From Pedosphaera sp. (GTDB taxonomy: Bacteria; Verrucomicrobiota; Verrucomicrobiia; Limisphaerales; SIBH01): a stretch of DNA of 64,000 bases. The stretch spans positions 1-64,000 of the forward strand of contig JANOQV010000123.1 of NCBI GenBank assembly GCA_031414955.1. The letters run 5' to 3'. The translations under genes and the position numbers were made by a program. Numbering within the stretch: the stretch's first letter is position 1; each line of letters opens with the position of its first letter. Of this stretch, positions 1-9,314 are shown in pieces. Below the pieces are notes generated by a model. The model saw only the letters and a program-made list of their open reading frames with translations, was not told where the DNA came from and made no database searches.

Positions 1-58
1 CCACTTCCGCTTCGCTCTCCCGCAACAAAGGACACGGTCCGGCTTCCGAGTCTTTCAT
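1..58 (-). CDS. 5' end of a CDS running off the left edge (MKDSEAGPCPLLRESEAEV...), function unknown
   Basis: ATG at 58 on the minus strand with AGGAG 6 nt upstream; frame open to the window edge. Confidence 0.45.
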   Translation of the reverse strand, partial: MKDSEAGPCPLLRESEAEV

Positions 59-198
59 GTTCGCTCCTGGTGATGGGTTGGACTGACTCAGAGAGGAACC
101 GTTCACGCCCGCAGCCTAACGGTACTGTCAAGATGCGCCCGGTTACAAGGTTACAAGGTAGCGCTTGCGCCAGACTGGTCACCGGCTAAAATTGAGCC

Positions 199-390
199 GT
201 GAGTTACGAGCAGATCAAACGTGAAATTGCCTTGCTGGAAGAACAGCAGCAGGCCGATTTGATTTCCTACACTTTGCAGTTGCGATACGCGCATGACGAT
301 GGCTATCACCGCGAAGTCACCGACCGGCTCAACGATGCCGACAAAGCCCACTGGCTGACACCGGATGAGTTTGAACGCCGCCTCCATTGA
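199..390 (+). CDS. Small putative antitoxin (addiction-module component-like)
   Basis: 63 aa ORF ending WLTPDEFERRLH; stop overlaps the next ORF, typical type II TA layout. Confidence 0.55.
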   Translation: MSYEQIKREIALLEEQQQADLISYTLQLRYAHDDGYHREVTDRLNDADKAHWLTPDEFERRLH

Positions 391-650
391 CTTTTATGCG
401 GCCCTACGCGGTCTTCATCAATGAACAGGCGCTTGCCGCCGCACCACGTTCGGGAACGCCGCGTGAAGCCGTGATGAGATTTATCCGCTCCCTGGCGGAC
501 CACCCAAACACCGCCGGAGATTTTGAGGACAAGGACAACGCCAGCCGGATCGTGCAGGTAAAACTGATCGGTCGTTACGCCGTCACGTTTTGGGCCGATC
601 ACGCGGCTTCGGAAATAAAAGTCACCCACATAAAATCGGCGGATAAATGA
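387..650 (+). CDS. Putative RelE/ParE-superfamily toxin
   Basis: 87 aa; YAVFINEQA...FIRSLADHP...IGRYAVTFWADHAASEIKVTHI fits the RelE/ParE pattern; coupled to upstream small ORF. Confidence 0.55.
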   Translation: MTFMRPYAVFINEQALAAAPRSGTPREAVMRFIRSLADHPNTAGDFEDKDNASRIVQVKLIGRYAVTFWADHAASEIKVTHIKSADK

Positions 651-856
651 ATCCCCGGATCGGCGAGCCAATTCTAAAGCCTCTGCCACCGCTGCGATAG
701 CCTTCGGAGTTCGTGAGGCTTGTAGCGTCGGAACTTTACCGCGTAAGCTCCTGGCGGATCGCCGGGATACCCGACTCCACTGGCGGACCATGACGGGAGA
801 GTGACCCGCGCCGCTTTGTTCATGGCTCAATATCAAGAAGTGGGGACACCTCTCAT

Positions 857-2053
857 TCAATTGTTGTGCTGGCTTCTTGCTAGAAACCCTTGCAATGCCG
901 TCAGGCTGGCATTGACGGTGGAGTCTCCTCCAAGATTTGCGGCCTTCTCCAACGCCCGAATTGCCAACTGCGCGTCCGCAACGCCAGCCAGACCGTAGGC
1001 CGCCGCAATGCGTTGTGCCGGCGAAAGAGTTGAGTCCGTGATGTATTCAAGAAACAGTCCTGGCTGCGCCTGTTCCTTGTGCTGGAGGCTCCAAGCGTAA
1101 AGTCGTTCAGCAGTGTCCTTCAGCAACGCAGGTTCCTGAGACGATGCTTGCACAAACGCCTGAACTGTTCCCTGGTCACCATTCTGGCCCAAACGATCCA
1201 GGAACTGCACCGCGTTCTGTGGTGATCCGTCTTGAAAGGCTTTCACCGCCAATGTGGAAAGCATGTTGGGATGCGCCAACCCATCATACAATTCCCAAAG
1301 GGCCGCGTTGTGACCATTGGCTTGAGAAGCGAGATAAAGCCCGGCGGCGAAGTTTCCAATCTCCTCTTGGTCGGGAGCGATGCGGATGGCATTCCGCAGG
1401 GTGGCGCGCAAGTCCTCCGGGAGGGCGTCGCGCCAGGCGGCGTAACGACCGCTCCCAAGCAGCAGATCAAACATGGCTTCCGCACCCGCCAGACTGGTCG
1501 GAGATTGGAGGGATTTCTTAAGGGTGCCGACGAAGTTGGAGTCACCCGCACTGCTGGCCTTCAGAACTTGATCCAAAACAAACTCAACCGCGTCTTTCGA
1601 TCCGCTGCGCACCAATGCCTCCGCTGCGTAAACGCGCAATTGACCATTGGTGTTCTGATTCACCACGAGCTCCTTGAGCGGTTCGATGCAATCGTCACAA
1701 TTGTGCATCTCCTCCAAGACTGCCGCCACTGCCGCCGCCGGATCCTCCCCAGCGGCGGCTTTGGTCAAGGCCGCAACAATGTTCGCGCCGGAAAGCTGAC
1801 GGATCGATTCGCCGGGCGGGGCGACTTCAGTCGTCGGCTCGAGTTGTTCCGGGTGTTTCTCACCTGCCGAGTCCTCGGTTGCGGACGCCTCCTCCGCAAG
1901 CGGGCGATTTGACTGTGAATCGGTTTCAACTCGAAGCACGACTTTTTCGGTCGGCATCGTTTGCGAATCGGTCAATGCTCCCTGCTTCAGAAAGCAAATC
2001 ACCGCGCTCGCCATTATTATCGAAACCAAGACAAGAACAGGTGCAGTTTTCAT
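857..2053 (-). CDS. Membrane-anchored or exported alpha-helical (HEAT/ARM-like) hypothetical protein
   Basis: N-terminal hydrophobic segment (MKTAPVLVLVSIIMASAVICFL), acidic linker, HEAT-like motifs (LRVYAAEAL, QRIAAAYGLA); directly downstream of the M23 gene. Confidence 0.65.
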   Translation of the reverse strand: MKTAPVLVLVSIIMASAVICFLKQGALTDSQTMPTEKVVLRVETDSQSNRPLAEEASATEDSAGEKHPEQLEPTTEVAPPGESIRQLSGANIVAALTKAAAGEDPAAAVAAVLEEMHNCDDCIEPLKELVVNQNTNGQLRVYAAEALVRSGSKDAVEFVLDQVLKASSAGDSNFVGTLKKSLQSPTSLAGAEAMFDLLLGSGRYAAWRDALPEDLRATLRNAIRIAPDQEEIGNFAAGLYLASQANGHNAALWELYDGLAHPNMLSTLAVKAFQDGSPQNAVQFLDRLGQNGDQGTVQAFVQASSQEPALLKDTAERLYAWSLQHKEQAQPGLFLEYITDSTLSPAQRIAAAYGLAGVADAQLAIRALEKAANLGGDSTVNASLTALQGFLARSQHNN

Positions 2054-2079
2054 ATCGTTGCCCAGATTGCAGTTGAGAT

Positions 2080-4569
2080 TTACCAACGCACTTGGAGCGT
2101 GAAGTCCGGAATCACATCAACGTTGCCGTACGCCCTCACCTTGACGAAGTAGGTGCCCGCCTCCAGCCGGGACAGCGTGACCCGTGAAAACAGCCCGTTG
2201 CCGTGGTCGTCATCGTAGCCGCCGGAGACTTGCGCCGTCGAATCTGGGCCATAGATCCACAACTCTGTATCTCCACTCGACCCATCGGTTTCAATGACCA
2301 CGTTGTTCGCACCCTGACTGCCCACGGTGAACTTGGCCCAATCCTGATTGCCTGATGGCCTGATGGAATGGCTCTGCGTCTGCCCGTTCGCAATTACCTT
2401 TGCCGTACCCGCCGTGTTGTCGATTTCGAAGGCGTCCACCATCGGTGCGATGATGTAATCCGCACAGTTGGCACTTACGACTGCGATCTTGGACGGCAGA
2501 TAAACGTATTGCACACGCTGACCGTTAAACTCGACATGCTGGAGCACGTCGTTTAGCCGCTGTTCGTAGTGCAGGTGAGCTGCCTCCGAATCACCCGTAT
2601 TCCCTAAATTCCCAATTTGCTGGCCCTTCAAGACGGGTTCTCCCGGGGTGAGACCAGAAGGGATACTGAACTCCACCATGTGACCGTACCGCGTGATCCA
2701 TCCTCCACCATGGTCGATAACGACATACGTTCCCAACGTCCCGCCGTCGTACTGACGCATATATTTAACGACCCCATCAGCACTCGCCAGCACTGGTTGA
2801 CCAAGGCCGCGGTCATTCGATGTATTCGGGGCGCGCTTGTTGATGTCCAGCGCCCTATCGAAAGCCCCGTGACCCGAGTAGGTGTAAACGAACCACGTCT
2901 CACCACACGCGAACGGCAACTGGAACGAAGGACGGCTGGCATCGTTGTCGACAATGTTCACCGTGGCGCTGTTCGGCGAGCCAATGGTGTAGCTGCCACT
3001 TGTTAGAGTGAGCACCACGGTTTCCGTGGCTTCCACCGCCGTATCGTTGATTGGGGTGATGGTGCGTGTCGCCGAACTGGATCCCGCCGGAATGCTCACC
3101 GACGCGCCAATGCTGGAATAATCGCTGCCGTTAATTGCCATACCCCCAATGGTGTAATTGACCGTCAGCGAACTAGCCGTGCTGCCGGTACGGGTGAGCG
3201 TGAACCTGCCTGTGCCGGGACCGCTCTCCGAGGCGCTGGAGTCACTGGCGCTGATGCTCACTATCGGCACCGGGCTGGAATCGTTATCCGCAATGTTCAC
3301 CGTGGCGCTGCTGGGCGAGCCGATGGTGTAGCTGCCGCTGGTTAGAGTGAGCACCACGGTTTCCGTGGCTTCCACTGCCGTGTCGTTGATCGGGGTGATG
3401 GTGCGTGTCGCCGAACTGGATCCCGCCGGGATGCTCACCGAGGTGCCAATACTGGAATAATCGCTGCCGCTAATTGCCGTACCGCCGATGCTGTAATTGA
3501 CCAACAACGAACTGGCCGTGCTGCCGGTGCGGGTGAGCGTGAACGTGCCTGTGCCCGGCCCGCTCTCCGAGGCGCTGGAATCGCTGGCGCTGATGGTCAC
3601 CGTCGGCCCGACAACGCCCGTCGTGCTGAAAGAGGCCGCGCCGCTCATGGCCCAACCGACGGAGTTGCGAGCCCAGGCTCGAAACTGATAGCTCGTATTA
3701 GGTGAAAGCCCGCTCAGGTCATAATAAAAATCGCCGCCGGACACGGTCACATTTGCCGTAAAGTTGATCCAGCTTCCCGCTGGCCCCCATTCCAAGCGCC
3801 GTTCGAGAATCGTTGCGCCGCCGTCGCTCTGCACCCGGCCCCACAGCCGCGCTGAACTGGCACTAATCGAACTGGCCGGTTGAGCGGTCACCGTGGGCAC
3901 TTGAACTGATGCCCCCGCCCGCGTGATCGTCCGCGAAACCACGGAACTGTACGTGCCAAGCGCGTTGCGCGAGCGCACGTCCACGACGTTTTGGCCCACC
4001 GCCAAGTTCGGCACCGTGAAACTCCAAGACGTCGTTCCCGAGGCGTTGTTCCAGCTTCCGCCGCTCACACGCCATTGCACCGCTGCCACCGTGCTGCCCG
4101 GTGCCGACGCGGAACCGGAGAACGCATAGCTCGTTGTCCCGTTCCCAACCGCCACGTTCCCCGAAGGCACGCTGATCGATACAGCCGGCGTACCGACAAC
4201 GCCCGTCGTCGTGAAGGAACCTGCTCCACTCATGGCCCACCCCGCAGAACTGCGAGCCCAAGCTCGGAATTGGTACCGCGTGGTCGGAGAAAGACCGCTC
4301 AAGCCGTAGTAGAAGTCGTTGCCTGAGACCGTCACGCTTGCGGTGAAGTCAGTCCATGTTCCGTAGATTCCCCACTCCAAGCGCCGTTCAAGAATGGCCC
4401 CACCACCATCATCCAGTATTCGGCCCCAAATCCGCGCCGATGTCGGGGTAATAAGTGTGGCAGGTTGAGTGGTGACAGTCGGCACAGCCGCACTCGCCGA
4501 CATGAGCGATAATACGGCAAGCAGCATGACTACCAGAGTGGAAACACCGTGATTGATTTTTGTTTTCAT
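2080..4569 (-). CDS. Secreted multidomain protein: 2x fibronectin III, Ig-like, 2x Calx-beta, M23 peptidase, C-terminal PPC-like domain
   Basis: Signal peptide from MKTKINHG; FN3 motifs (LSPTTRYQFRAWA); Calx-beta (VSIPAGSSSATRTITPINDTAVEATETVVLTL) twice; M23 motifs H...D, YGHM, GNTGDSEAAHLHYE. Confidence 0.85.
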   Translation of the reverse strand: MKTKINHGVSTLVVMLLAVLSLMSASAAVPTVTTQPATLITPTSARIWGRILDDGGGAILERRLEWGIYGTWTDFTASVTVSGNDFYYGLSGLSPTTRYQFRAWARSSAGWAMSGAGSFTTTGVVGTPAVSISVPSGNVAVGNGTTSYAFSGSASAPGSTVAAVQWRVSGGSWNNASGTTSWSFTVPNLAVGQNVVDVRSRNALGTYSSVVSRTITRAGASVQVPTVTAQPASSISASSARLWGRVQSDGGATILERRLEWGPAGSWINFTANVTVSGGDFYYDLSGLSPNTSYQFRAWARNSVGWAMSGAASFSTTGVVGPTVTISASDSSASESGPGTGTFTLTRTGSTASSLLVNYSIGGTAISGSDYSSIGTSVSIPAGSSSATRTITPINDTAVEATETVVLTLTSGSYTIGSPSSATVNIADNDSSPVPIVSISASDSSASESGPGTGRFTLTRTGSTASSLTVNYTIGGMAINGSDYSSIGASVSIPAGSSSATRTITPINDTAVEATETVVLTLTSGSYTIGSPNSATVNIVDNDASRPSFQLPFACGETWFVYTYSGHGAFDRALDINKRAPNTSNDRGLGQPVLASADGVVKYMRQYDGGTLGTYVVIDHGGGWITRYGHMVEFSIPSGLTPGEPVLKGQQIGNLGNTGDSEAAHLHYEQRLNDVLQHVEFNGQRVQYVYLPSKIAVVSANCADYIIAPMVDAFEIDNTAGTAKVIANGQTQSHSIRPSGNQDWAKFTVGSQGANNVVIETDGSSGDTELWIYGPDSTAQVSGGYDDDHGNGLFSRVTLSRLEAGTYFVKVRAYGNVDVIPDFTLQVRW
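2940..3600 (-). repeat. Tandem intragenic duplication of a Calx-beta domain (2 units of about 340 bp)
   Basis: Near-identical DNA at ~2940-3260 and ~3280-3600. Confidence 0.85.
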
Positions 4570-4576
4570 ACCGCAT

Positions 4577-4604
4577 TCAGAGGGAAGCAGGACGAGGGGT
4601 TGCA
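4577..4604 (-). promoter_or_regulatory. Putative ECF promoter, module 1 type (TGCAACC-N14-CCTCTGA), upstream of the M23 gene
   Basis: Same two boxes and 14-nt spacing as 8393-8420; AAC-containing -35 typical of ECF promoters; 7 nt separate it from the ATG. Confidence 0.7.
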
Positions 4605-4771
4605 AAAATTTTGGATTTTCTCGGCGCTGATGCAGGCTTGCTGTTGTGGGCGTGGAAGTCCTCCGTGGTGCCGTGCTTGCTGTCCCGGAGCGAACAGGCG
4701 GCCTGCGTCCACACGGAATTCTTGCAGGTCGATCACCTGAGCGGAGGAAGACGACGATGATCGAAAGAAAG

Positions 4772-7700
4772 CTACTCGCGGACGTATTTGCGGAGGATGC
4801 GGAGGTAAGGTGTGTCCGCACTCGCGCTCGCACGCCGCACGCCGCGCAACCGCTCCCGCACTGCGAGCCAGTCCGTCGCTTTGAGAGTTTCCAATTCTCC
4901 GTCCGGGTTCAGCCGCATCTGGGCCATGTAGCGGAGAAAATCCGGGAACCAGTCGGGCGGCGGGCCGGCGCCGGGCGGGAGCACGTCCCACACGCGCGCG
5001 GTCTTGTCGAGCGACGCTGTAACGATGCGCGTGCCATCCGGGCTGAACTGTGCGGTGTTCACAGAACCGTCATGTCCGGCGAGTGTCGCAACCATCTTGC
5101 CAGTGTCCGCATCCCACACACACGCGGTCGCATCGCCCGACGTAGTGACAACGCGTATGCCGTCAGGGCTGAACTGCGCACTCATCACCACTCCCGCATT
5201 GAGCAGGCGTCTGAAAATGTCACCAAACTCTATGTCCGGGCTGAGCAGCTCGCGCCCCATTCGTTCATGTCCAGCGAGCGTCGCCAGCGTTTTGCCCGTG
5301 GCTGCGTCCCACACGCGCGAGGTGTTGTCGACCGACGCCGTGACGATTCGCGTACCATCCCGGCTAAACTGTGCGCTCAACACCTCTCCCTCATGGTCGG
5401 CGAAGGTCGCCAGCACCTTGCTCGTGGTCGCGTCCCACACGCGCGCCGTCTTATCGTCAGACGCCGTGACGATGCGCGTGCCATCCGGGCTGAACTGCGC
5501 GCTATTCACGTCGTTCTGATGCCCTGCGAGCGTGGCGAGGGGCTGGCCGGTTGCGGCGTCCCACACCCGCGCGGTCTTGTCGTTGGAGGCGGTGACGATG
5601 CGCGTACCGTCCGGGCTGAACTGCGCGCTAAACAACTTTCCCTCATGGCCAGCGAGCACCAGGAGCGCCTTGCCCGAGACTGCGTCACACACCCGCGCGG
5701 TTTTGTCGGACGACGCTGTGATGATGCGAGTGCTGTCCGCGCTGAATTGTGCGCTCATCACCTCTCCCTTATGCCCTGCGAGCGTCACCAGCACCCCACC
5801 CGTGGCAGCATTCCACACACGCGCGGTTTTGTCATGCGACGCCGTGGCGATGCGCGTACCATCCGAGCTGAACTGCGCGCTATTCACCCTTCCCTCATGG
5901 CCGGCGAGCGCCAGAAGCGCCTTGCCCGAGGCTGCGTCCCACACCCGCGCGGTTTTGTCGAACGACGCTGTGATGACGCGTGTGCTGTCCGCGCTGAATT
6001 GAGCGCTCATCACCGCTCCCTCATGCCCGGCAAGCGTCGCCAGCACCTTACCCGAGGCCGCGTCCCACACCCGCGCGGTTTTGTCGGACGACGTTGTGAC
6101 GATGCGCGTGCCGTCCGGGCTTAACTGCGCGCCAACCGTTTCCTCAAGTCCGGAGAGCGTTGCCAGCATTTTGCCGGTGGCTACATCCCAAACGCGCATA
6201 GCCTTATCCTCCGACTCCGTGACGACGCGCGTGCCATCCAGGCTGAAATACGCGCCCCTCACTTGCTCGTGTCCGGAGACCATCGCCAGCATGTTGCCCG
6301 TAGCGGCATCCCACGCGCGCACGGTCCACACGCGCGCGGTCTTGTCGCTCGACGCTGTGACGATGCGCGAGCCGTCCAGGCTGAACTGTGCGCTGGTCAC
6401 CTGGTCCTCATGTCCAGCAAGCGTCGCCAGCGTTTTGCCCGTGACTGCGTCCCACACGCGCGCGGTCTTGTCCTCCGACGCCGTGACGACGCGCGTGCTG
6501 TCAGGGCTAAACTCCGCGCTATGCACCTCTCCCTCATGTCCGGCGAGCGTCGCCAGCATCTTGCCGGTGGCTGCGTCCCACACGCGCACTGAGTTGCCCT
6601 CCGACATCTCCGACATCGTGACGATGCGCAAGCCATCCGGGCTGAACTGTGCGCGAATCACCGCTTCCTCATGTCCGATGAACGTCGCCAGCATTTTGCC
6701 CGTGACTGCGTCCCACACGCGCGCAGTCTTGTCGCCCGACGCCGTGACGATGCGCATACCGTCCGGGCTGAACTGCGCTCTAATCACCGCTTCCTCATGT
6801 CCGGCGAGCGTCGCCAGCATCTTGCCGGTGGCTACGTCCCACACGCACGCGGTCTTGTCGAACGACGCCGTGACGGCGCGCGCACCATCCGGGCTGAACT
6901 GCGCGTCCGTCACCCATCCCTCATGTCCGGTGAGAATTGCGGTTGGCAACACATGGTTCCAGACACCTAAAGCGGCGACACACTTTTCCGCAGCCAGCGG
7001 GGACGATGGGTCATACTCGCAAGCGCGAGCCAGGTGCGCGAAAGCCGCCCGTTCTTGCCCGGATCGAAGTTTCTCTTCAGCAACGAGGCGATCCGAACGA
7101 GCCGCCTCGACGAGCATCGCATCCGCGCTTTGTCGCGCTGCTTGCTCTCGGAAGAACAGGTAGGTTGCGCCGCCTAAGCCCAGCACGAGGGATAGCGAAA
7201 CCGCCGCGACGGCACTAAACGCCAACTTGTGTCGGCGAACCAGTTTCTGGAAGCGGTACAGATTGCCGGGCGGACGGGCCAGGACTGGTTCATTGTTCAG
7301 ATGGCGTTGAAGGTCGGCCGCAAATCCGGTGGCGGTGCCGTAGCGGCGCGCGCGATCTTTTTCCAGCGCCTTCATCACAATCCAGTCGAGGTCGCCGCGC
7401 AGGAGCTTTGGCAGTCTGGCTCGCTCGGTTTGACGGCGATGCGCCACCGTTGTCTGTTCCTGTTCTGTCAGAGTCGCCAGCCGCGCGGAAGGACGGGGCG
7501 GTTCCTTCTCGCGGATGATGCGGAGGATTTCATCGCGCGCTGAACCGTTCGCATCGAACGGCGGCTGGCCAGTCAGCAGTTCGTAAAGCAGCACGCCGAG
7601 GCTGTAGATGTCGCTGCGCGTGTCAACGTCGCGTCTGTCCCGGCCGGCTTGTTCCGGGCTCACGTAAGCAGGCGTGCCTATGAACTGGTGCAACTCCGTT

Positions 7701-8350
7701 AATGCCGTCGCATCACTCAATCGTCCTTCGGTCGCCTTGGCGATGCCGAAATCAATCACCTTGGGCACCGGCACGCCGTCTTGCAGGGTGACGAGGATGT
7801 TCGAGGGCTTGATGTCGCGATGGATGATGCCCTTCTGGTGCGCGTGCTGAATGGCCTGGCAGACTTTGACGAACAGATCGAGCCGTTCCCTGGTGGGCAG
7901 ATTGTTCCGGTCGCAATAGTCGGTGATCCAGGTGCCGCAGACCAGTTCCATCACAAAGTAAGGACGGCCTGTCTCCGTCGCACCTGCATCGAACACCCTG
8001 GCAATGTTGGGATGGTCCATCATTGCCAGCGCCTGCCGCTCGGCCTCGAAGCGAGCGATGACCTGCCGCGTGTCCATGCCGAGCTTGATGACCTTGAGGG
8101 CAATGCGACGGCGGACGGGTTCGGTTTGCTCCGCCATCCAAACGGCGCCCATGCCGCCTGTGCCGATTTGCTCAAGCAGCTTGTAACGGCCTATGTGGTC
8201 GCCGGGTTTCTCGGCCAGAATGGCGTCAGCACTCCCGGCGGACAGGGCAGGCGCTCCCCACAAGGCGCACACCTGACATCCCCCGGGCAGATCAGCGGGA
8301 TCAGCGGGCAACGGCGCCCCGCATTCGGCGCATGGTCGCATGTTAAGCAT
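4772..8350 (-). CDS. Hanks-type Ser/Thr protein kinase with N-terminal Zn ribbon, one TM helix and 15 C-terminal WD40 repeats
   Basis: [36 protein letters not shown]...[33 protein letters not shown]...WD repeats. Confidence 0.95.
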   Translation of the reverse strand: MLNMRPCAECGAPLPADPADLPGGCQVCALWGAPALSAGSADAILAEKPGDHIGRYKLLEQIGTGGMGAVWMAEQTEPVRRRIALKVIKLGMDTRQVIARFEAERQALAMMDHPNIARVFDAGATETGRPYFVMELVCGTWITDYCDRNNLPTRERLDLFVKVCQAIQHAHQKGIIHRDIKPSNILVTLQDGVPVPKVIDFGIAKATEGRLSDATALTELHQFIGTPAYVSPEQAGRDRRDVDTRSDIYSLGVLLYELLTGQPPFDANGSARDEILRIIREKEPPRPSARLATLTEQEQTTVAHRRQTERARLPKLLRGDLDWIVMKALEKDRARRYGTATGFAADLQRHLNNEPVLARPPGNLYRFQKLVRRHKLAFSAVAAVSLSLVLGLGGATYLFFREQAARQSADAMLVEAARSDRLVAEEKLRSGQERAAFAHLARACEYDPSSPLAAEKCVAALGVWNHVLPTAILTGHEGWVTDAQFSPDGARAVTASFDKTACVWDVATGKMLATLAGHEEAVIRAQFSPDGMRIVTASGDKTARVWDAVTGKMLATFIGHEEAVIRAQFSPDGLRIVTMSEMSEGNSVRVWDAATGKMLATLAGHEGEVHSAEFSPDSTRVVTASEDKTARVWDAVTGKTLATLAGHEDQVTSAQFSLDGSRIVTASSDKTARVWTVRAWDAATGNMLAMVSGHEQVRGAYFSLDGTRVVTESEDKAMRVWDVATGKMLATLSGLEETVGAQLSPDGTRIVTTSSDKTARVWDAASGKVLATLAGHEGAVMSAQFSADSTRVITASFDKTARVWDAASGKALLALAGHEGRVNSAQFSSDGTRIATASHDKTARVWNAATGGVLVTLAGHKGEVMSAQFSADSTRIITASSDKTARVCDAVSGKALLVLAGHEGKLFSAQFSPDGTRIVTASNDKTARVWDAATGQPLATLAGHQNDVNSAQFSPDGTRIVTASDDKTARVWDATTSKVLATFADHEGEVLSAQFSRDGTRIVTASVDNTSRVWDAATGKTLATLAGHERMGRELLSPDIEFGDIFRRLLNAGVVMSAQFSPDGIRVVTTSGDATACVWDADTGKMVATLAGHDGSVNTAQFSPDGTRIVTASLDKTARVWDVLPPGAGPPPDWFPDFLRYMAQMRLNPDGELETLKATDWLAVRERLRGVRRASASADTPYLRILRKYVRE
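4985..6930 (-). repeat. Array of 15 highly similar WD40-coding repeats (about 126 bp unit)
   Basis: Recurrent DNA (e.g. gcgtcccacacgcgcgcggtcttgtc, ccgggctgaactgcgc) and peptide [24 protein letters not shown]. Confidence 0.9.
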
Positions 8351-8392
8351 CGGCGGTTCCTGCTATGGCCAGTATCTACTCACCGTTTCATA

Positions 8393-8420
8393 TCAGAGGA
8401 AAAGCAAACCAAAGGTTGCA
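8393..8420 (-). promoter_or_regulatory. Putative ECF promoter, module 1 type (TGCAACC-N14-CCTCTGA), upstream of the WD40 kinase
   Basis: Matches 4577-4604 in both boxes and spacing with a different spacer; lies between the ECF and kinase genes. Confidence 0.7.
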
Positions 8421-8486
8421 CGGAAAGACAAACTACCAATGACCCGCAAACTGGAGACGACTCGCATGTCTCCATGCCCGGCCCGA

Positions 8487-9260
8487 TCAGGCCCGCCGAT
8501 TAGTGCCCCACCGGCTCAGGAGTTCGTGCAAATAGCAGAATTCTTCATCAATCTCCGCAGGGCTCACAGTGAGGGCCACCTCCTCCGTTATCAGTTCTCG
8601 AAAGCGCTTGCGCAGCCGAGAAACGTCTGCCTTTACCGTGCCTTCCGGACAGCCCAGTCGGTCGGCCAATTCGGCGTACGGCGGAGCGCTCGTCTTTCCC
8701 TCCAGACTCGGCCTGAGTTCTTGGTACAGCTCGGACTTGCCGCTCGGGCAATACTCCTCCCTCAATCTTCGCCCGGCCCGTTCGAAAAGTTCTTGCGCGC
8801 AGTGAAGGGCGTAGACCTGCTCGGGATCCAAGTCATTCGCTGGCTCGTGCTGATAACGATCCTCAGCGGTCGTGTCATCGAGCGAAACAAGGGTCTTGCC
8901 GCCGCCCCGTTTGAGAGCGCCCGCCCTGGCCTTCTCTTCGAGTAGGAAATTCTTGAGCGACGTCAACAGGAAGGTTCTGAATTTACCCTTCTCGCGCTGG
9001 ACTTGGGAGAGGGAGTTTAATCTCAGGAGGCGCCCAAAGAATTCTTGCGTCAGATCCTTGGCCGTTGCGTGGTCCTTCCCCTCCCGGTGTCGCAGAAAGG
9101 CGTAAAGTGGGTACCAGTAGGTCTGGCACAACTGCTCCAGCGCGGCCTGACCAGCGGGCGACTCGTTCGCCGCTGCTGCCAACACAACCGTCCAGTGGGT
9201 GGTAGCAAACCGTTGCGCGTTCCCAAGTGGCGTCTCCCCAGTCTGGTCGTCTGGTAACAT
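8487..9260 (-). CDS. ECF-type RNA polymerase sigma-70 factor (kinase-associated PVC type)
   Basis: FATTHWTVVLAA, LCQTYWYPLYAF, GKFRTFLLTSLKNFL, region 4 HTH YAELADRLGCPEGTVKADVSRLRKRF. Confidence 0.92.
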   Translation of the reverse strand: MLPDDQTGETPLGNAQRFATTHWTVVLAAAANESPAGQAALEQLCQTYWYPLYAFLRHREGKDHATAKDLTQEFFGRLLRLNSLSQVQREKGKFRTFLLTSLKNFLLEEKARAGALKRGGGKTLVSLDDTTAEDRYQHEPANDLDPEQVYALHCAQELFERAGRRLREEYCPSGKSELYQELRPSLEGKTSAPPYAELADRLGCPEGTVKADVSRLRKRFRELITEEVALTVSPAEIDEEFCYLHELLSRWGTNRRA

Positions 9261-9314
9261 GAAGTTAGAGTTCTTTCCAGGCTGCGGTGCCCTGCATCAC
9301 AAATGCCACCGCGC

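Noticed and set aside
141..157. Two TGTAACC heptamers as further module 2 promoters
   Set aside because: Neither has the TGG(G/T)AA box at the 14-nt spacing.
650..780. Imperfect hairpin downstream of the TA pair as ncRNA or attC
   Set aside because: Pairing is weak and no recognisable core sites are present.
4646..7163. Repetitive plus-strand ORFs and a CRISPR-like periodic pattern
   Set aside because: The periodicity is the 126-bp WD40 coding repeat of the kinase; there are no unique spacers and no cas genes.
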